A program made the translations under genes and the position numbers. Source: Minisyncoccota bacterium (GTDB lineage Bacteria > Patescibacteriota > Minisyncoccia > UBA6257 > 2-01-FULL-56-20). From it: a DNA stretch of 64,000 nt. Position 1 is the first letter of the stretch. Each line of letters begins with the position of its first letter. A model generated the notes under the pieces. That model was not told the DNA's origin, did not search any database, and saw only the letters and a list, made by a program, of their open reading frames with translations. Location: positions 976 to 64,975 of the forward strand of contig DATCDU010000034.1 of NCBI GenBank assembly GCA_036510525.1, given 5' to 3'. Below, one piece after another: positions 60,217 to 64,000 of this stretch.

Positions 60217-63200
60217 CTACTGTCCCGAGCATCCCGCACCGTTCGGATTCTGTTCACACCTGCTCGTGCCACCCACCGTCACCTGGACAGGCAGACTGAC
60301 CGACGCGGAACTGCCAGAACCACCGGTAGTACAGCTAAAGGTATAGACCGTAGTAACCGAGGGAGCGACGGACTGGGTACCGCTCGCGGTGGTCGGGTTT
60401 ACCCATGTGATGTTATTTGAGTAGTTGGAACCGTCACTCCCTGTCAGGGTGCAGGAGTTCACGTTTTGACAGTTATATGACAGCTGCGAGGATTCCGGAA
60501 TGACAATGTTCGCCGGGCTTGCGCTGATGATGGGATTGCTGCAGTTCGGCGACCCGCTGAGCGACGATCCGGTAATCGTGATGTTCGCCGTATTCGATAC
60601 GCCGGAATTATCGGTGGAAACGGCTTTTATTGTTGCCGTGCCAGTTGAGTTCGGAGAGGTATAGGCACCATTCTGAGTGATGCTTCCACTGCCGCTCACC
60701 ACAGACCACGTAACCGTGCCGGTACAACTACTCCCCGATTCGTTCACCGATGCGAGACACTGGGTGGTGGTATTCTCCTGCATGGTCGCCGGACAGCTGA
60801 CGCTCACGCTGTTTGCCGTGCATGAGGACGGAGAGCTATTGCCGACGGTGAAAGTCACGGTTATTGATGGAAGCGAAGATAATGAATTAAGTGGTACCCC
60901 AGCCGGGAAAGTTTGGGTGTTGGGATTATTGAAGCTTACCGTGGCCGTATATGTGCCGCTTGCCAAACTCCCCGGCGTCGCGGTGATCGTTACGGGAACT
61001 GCCGGATCTCCTACATGAAGATTGCTGCCACTAGACGGCGAGATGCTCAGCCAGTTGACCCCGTTGGAATTCGCGCTGTAGTTGGTTGTGGTCGCGTTCC
61101 AGTTGACCCAGGATCCCGAAGTGCCTGTGTTGGACACGGAGAATGATCCTGTGGGATTTGAATTGGTAACAGAGACCGAGGTGTTGCTAACGCTCAGCGT
61201 CGCATCAGGATCCCAAAGAATGATCATAGCAAGGCTGGACTGGGTACTGGTCGCCGTCTGGCTCCACGGATACGAAGTGTCCTCGTGCGCCGCGTTCGCG
61301 ACCGGCGGAAGGAATCCTTTTGCAAGGGCAAAAAGCGAATTCGTGTCTGTCTTCGTGTTTGAATGGAAGGCGATCGGTGAGACGGTTTGAATGGAACGGA
61401 AGGTGTATTGAGAGCCGTTGTTATAATTGCCCGGCGCCAGTACGGGATTCTGATCAAGATTATAGGTACCCGTCGGAGCGTTCAAAGACGTCGAGCTGCT
61501 CTCGTATAGCGAGGGACCGCAGATGGTATTGGTATCCCCGCACGGATCATAATTCGGGTCGGTGGAAAGAGGAGGATATGTAGCGAAATTCCATCCTGCA
61601 TAGACAGGGTTTCCATTTACGGAATTCTGCGAAAGGACATTGACCGTCGCCCCGGCGGGTTGGGAAGCAGGGCCCACCTGGATCGGGACATTGATCTTAC
61701 TACCGAACGGGGTACTGCCATTCTGCATTTGCCAGGTTTCGGTATACGCTCCTGGCGTCGCCGGCGCGGTAAGTGAAGGAAGTGCAAAAGTTGTCGTGGC
61801 GCCGGGTTCGACGTTAGGATCACCGCTTGTCAGTGTGCAGGAAACTTCCGGTACCCATTGGGAATTGCAGCCCTGCGTCCATGTGCCGCCGTTCATACCG
61901 CAATCTGCGGGATTATTGAACGTGCCGACGTTACAGTATCCGGATGTGGTACACGCCTGCTCATCGCTGCCGCACGAAGAATTGGCGCAATCATATGAGC
62001 TGCTCAGCGAGCATGTCTGCTGGCTCTTTTGACTATATTGGAGAGAGTTGGCACCGACACCGAACGTACTCGCTGCATGAACGAGTTCGATAAGATTGGA
62101 CGAATTGATATAGTTGGTAATACACGACGCGGCAGGCGAATCCTTCGTGGGATCCGGCTGGGTCCCATTAGGGCCATCGCACGTTCCGCTCTTGGATATG
62201 ACCGTGCTCTGATCAGACACCCATGGAGCACCGCCCGTGTTTATGACGGTCAACGTGAGCGGTTTGCCATCCGAACCGACGGTCATTACCGCTGATGGAT
62301 TTGTTGAACTCGGGATATTATTGCTTTGGCTCGCGGCATTATAAACGTTGGCACTCATGTATGCGCGGAAGTAATCCTGGACTCCACCGGTGTCTCCGTC
62401 GCCTGCGATATCACAATTATTGCCGCCTGCATAGGCGTATGACACCAAGCTGGTTCCGCCCATAGTCGGGGTCATTACCCACGGAACACCACCATTGCTG
62501 CAAACATTGGCGCTGATGCCATAGCCGGTCTTGCCGACCGCGCCGGCATTGTTGTTCCACATCGAAACGTCATCATTTACGTCTATCTGTTCGAAACCAA
62601 GCTGGACATTGGTAATAACCTCCCCGGCGGGCAGTGGTGCGGTACGAACAAACACGGATGGCGCGACCTCCTGCCAGCCAGTTCCATAATCATAGTAATA
62701 TCCGACCCCGGTACAGTTTCCGCTGTCATAACATGTTCCACACCCTGAATTCGTGGAACAATTAGTGCCCTGCATAGTAATCTCTCCCCCGTTAGTGGGT
62801 CGCGTCTGCCAGTTATCTACTCTGTAATTGGGCGGGGTGATCGTCGTCGTCCAGTGCGCATCGATCGTCTGCTCGGGCGAGGCAGACCAGGCGCTCCACC
62901 ATTGCGAGAAATTGCTCATCGTCACCCCGGAGATTTGGCTGTTGCCTGCAGGCGATGATGATGCAGCCCAAGGTGTATGGACACAATCGATGCGGTTGCT
63001 ATTCCTACCTTGCTCCTGGAGGCAGATCGCAACCTGGAAATTTTCGGTGAAGGGACCGGGCCCCGAGGTCGTGAGGGCTACTCCTGTAATATTGCCGCTG
63101 CCATCGTATGTCGGAGTCAGGCCGATCGTAGGAATTGCACTCTGGGCTTTCGCATCGCTTACCACTGGCGCTGGGAGTGCCCGCACCCCTGCAACTACCG

Positions 63201-63270
63201 CCACGGCGAACACCGCGACCACCATCACATACCAATATTTCTTCGCGAATGCTTTTAGGGGATTTTTCAT
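60217..63270 (-). CDS. Large Cys/Ser/Thr-rich surface protein with Ig-like (NBR1-type, BACON-like) domains
   Basis: Signal/TM N-terminus; NTGGAPW...APATPGAYTETWQM; WLSISPSSG..L..GTYTATV; TTVYTFSC. Confidence 0.8.
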   Translation of the reverse strand: MKNPLKAFAKKYWYVMVVAVFAVAVVAGVRALPAPVVSDAKAQSAIPTIGLTPTYDGSGNITGVALTTSGPGPFTENFQVAICLQEQGRNSNRIDCVHTPWAASSSPAGNSQISGVTMSNFSQWWSAWSASPEQTIDAHWTTTITPPNYRVDNWQTRPTNGGEITMQGTNCSTNSGCGTCYDSGNCTGVGYYYDYGTGWQEVAPSVFVRTAPLPAGEVITNVQLGFEQIDVNDDVSMWNNNAGAVGKTGYGISANVCSNGGVPWVMTPTMGGTSLVSYAYAGGNNCDIAGDGDTGGVQDYFRAYMSANVYNAASQSNNIPSSTNPSAVMTVGSDGKPLTLTVINTGGAPWVSDQSTVISKSGTCDGPNGTQPDPTKDSPAASCITNYINSSNLIELVHAASTFGVGANSLQYSQKSQQTCSLSSSYDCANSSCGSDEQACTTSGYCNVGTFNNPADCGMNGGTWTQGCNSQWVPEVSCTLTSGDPNVEPGATTTFALPSLTAPATPGAYTETWQMQNGSTPFGSKINVPIQVGPASQPAGATVNVLSQNSVNGNPVYAGWNFATYPPLSTDPNYDPCGDTNTICGPSLYESSSTSLNAPTGTYNLDQNPVLAPGNYNNGSQYTFRSIQTVSPIAFHSNTKTDTNSLFALAKGFLPPVANAAHEDTSYPWSQTATSTQSSLAMIILWDPDATLSVSNTSVSVTNSNPTGSFSVSNTGTSGSWVNWNATTTNYSANSNGVNWLSISPSSGSNLHVGDPAVPVTITATPGSLASGTYTATVSFNNPNTQTFPAGVPLNSLSSLPSITVTFTVGNSSPSSCTANSVSVSCPATMQENTTTQCLASVNESGSSCTGTVTWSVVSGSGSITQNGAYTSPNSTGTATIKAVSTDNSGVSNTANITITGSSLSGSPNCSNPIISASPANIVIPESSQLSYNCQNVNSCTLTGSDGSNYSNNITWVNPTTASGTQSVAPSVTTVYTFSCTTGGSGSSASVSLPVQVTVGGTSRCEQNPNGAGCSGQ

Positions 63271-63274
63271 TTTC

Positions 63275-63724
63275 TTATTTCAGTACATAAGTAACGGTCA
63301 CCTGTGATCCTGTTTTTTGAGAGACAATAGCGACCGCGATATTAGAGGAGGTATTCGAAGCGTACAATCCCCGCGAAGTGGGGTACTTGGAAATATCGTT
63401 CGTGATGGTCCACCCGTTGGCCGGAAGATACTGTTTATAATTCGCGTAAAGTGATGCCATTGAGCTCGACGAGTTGAACTCTGCCGTATATTGGTTGGTG
63501 CTGGAAGTATAATCGATGGCATAACTTCCGTTCACTATTGTGGAGGTGCCAAGAATAAGAGACGGCGGGAACTGTGGAACGAGCTGGCCCTGAGGGGCAT
63601 ATACCGGCACTGGGTTCGTTGCGACCGGCGCCTTTGAGGTCGGCTTCCAGATGAACCACGCCACGACCACAACCACGACCACCACTACACCGACCCACAC
63701 CCAAAGCATCTTTGAGTCTTTCAT
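63275..63724 (-). CDS. Membrane-anchored hypothetical protein
   Basis: Poly-Val TM anchor; FP..L, YK.YL..NGW motif. Confidence 0.75.
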   Translation of the reverse strand: MKDSKMLWVWVGVVVVVVVVVAWFIWKPTSKAPVATNPVPVYAPQGQLVPQFPPSLILGTSTIVNGSYAIDYTSSTNQYTAEFNSSSSMASLYANYKQYLPANGWTITNDISKYPTSRGLYASNTSSNIAVAIVSQKTGSQVTVTYVLK

Positions 63725-63799
63725 ACCTCTAATAGTAGCAGATATGGGGAAATACGGGGTGTGGATAATCCAAAGCCCCCCGCCCGGCGCGCTGGCACG

Positions 63800-64000
63800 T
63801 CAGCACTGGGGCGGATTCGTTGCGGTGTTGCAATCTATGATCCGCGAGCTCACGGTGGTCTGGAGATTGATGACATCATTCGCAACCGCCGGATCGGTGG
63901 AGCTCGGCGTCACGCCGATGGAAATGGTGATGCGCGGTGGCCAGTTATCGCCTTCGGTCTGGCCGAAGAGCGTGAACTTCAAATATTTCACGGTGATGGT
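63800..64000 (-). CDS. C-terminus of a probable PilW-like minor pilin (start outside the window)
   Basis: LKFTL...PRITISI...LQTTVSSR C-terminal pattern. Confidence 0.55.
   Translation of the reverse strand, partial: TITVKYLKFTLFGQTEGDNWPPRITISIGVTPSSTDPAVANDVINLQTTVSSRIIDCNTATNPPQC

Overview
Chromosomal window from a Patescibacteria (CPR, Parcubacteria-like) bacterium using the standard genetic code. Core genes: ftsQ-like (partial), serS, thrS, miaA, gatB, cytidylate kinase, rplK, ssb, rpsF, a fused rpoB-rpoC, mltG, rodA/ftsW, dut, CCA-adding enzyme, a monomeric mitochondrial-type PheRS, a heterodimeric ABC exporter, tspO, murD, gatCA, ligA and minor pilins. RNA genes: a 23S-5S unit with no adjacent 16S, whose 23S carries three group I introns (approx. 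L1917, L1931, L2584; two encode LAGLIDADG endonucleases), three canonical tRNAs, two atypical tRNA-like genes and a T-box leader. Three observations stand out. (1) A shared promoter motif, TTAA-N6-TTTAAT-N10/11-(-10 box), precedes ssb, an odd tRNA-like RNA and all three homing endonuclease genes, suggesting a regulon that links intron mobility to host DNA metabolism. (2) Four long hairpins share an RTGAG...YGAW base, and two of them carry a covarying three-way-junction insert. (3) A phosphotransferase array has one ATP-grasp domain, five His-swivel domains and a downstream histidine phosphatase. All calls are made by eye from the sequence; no database searches were run.
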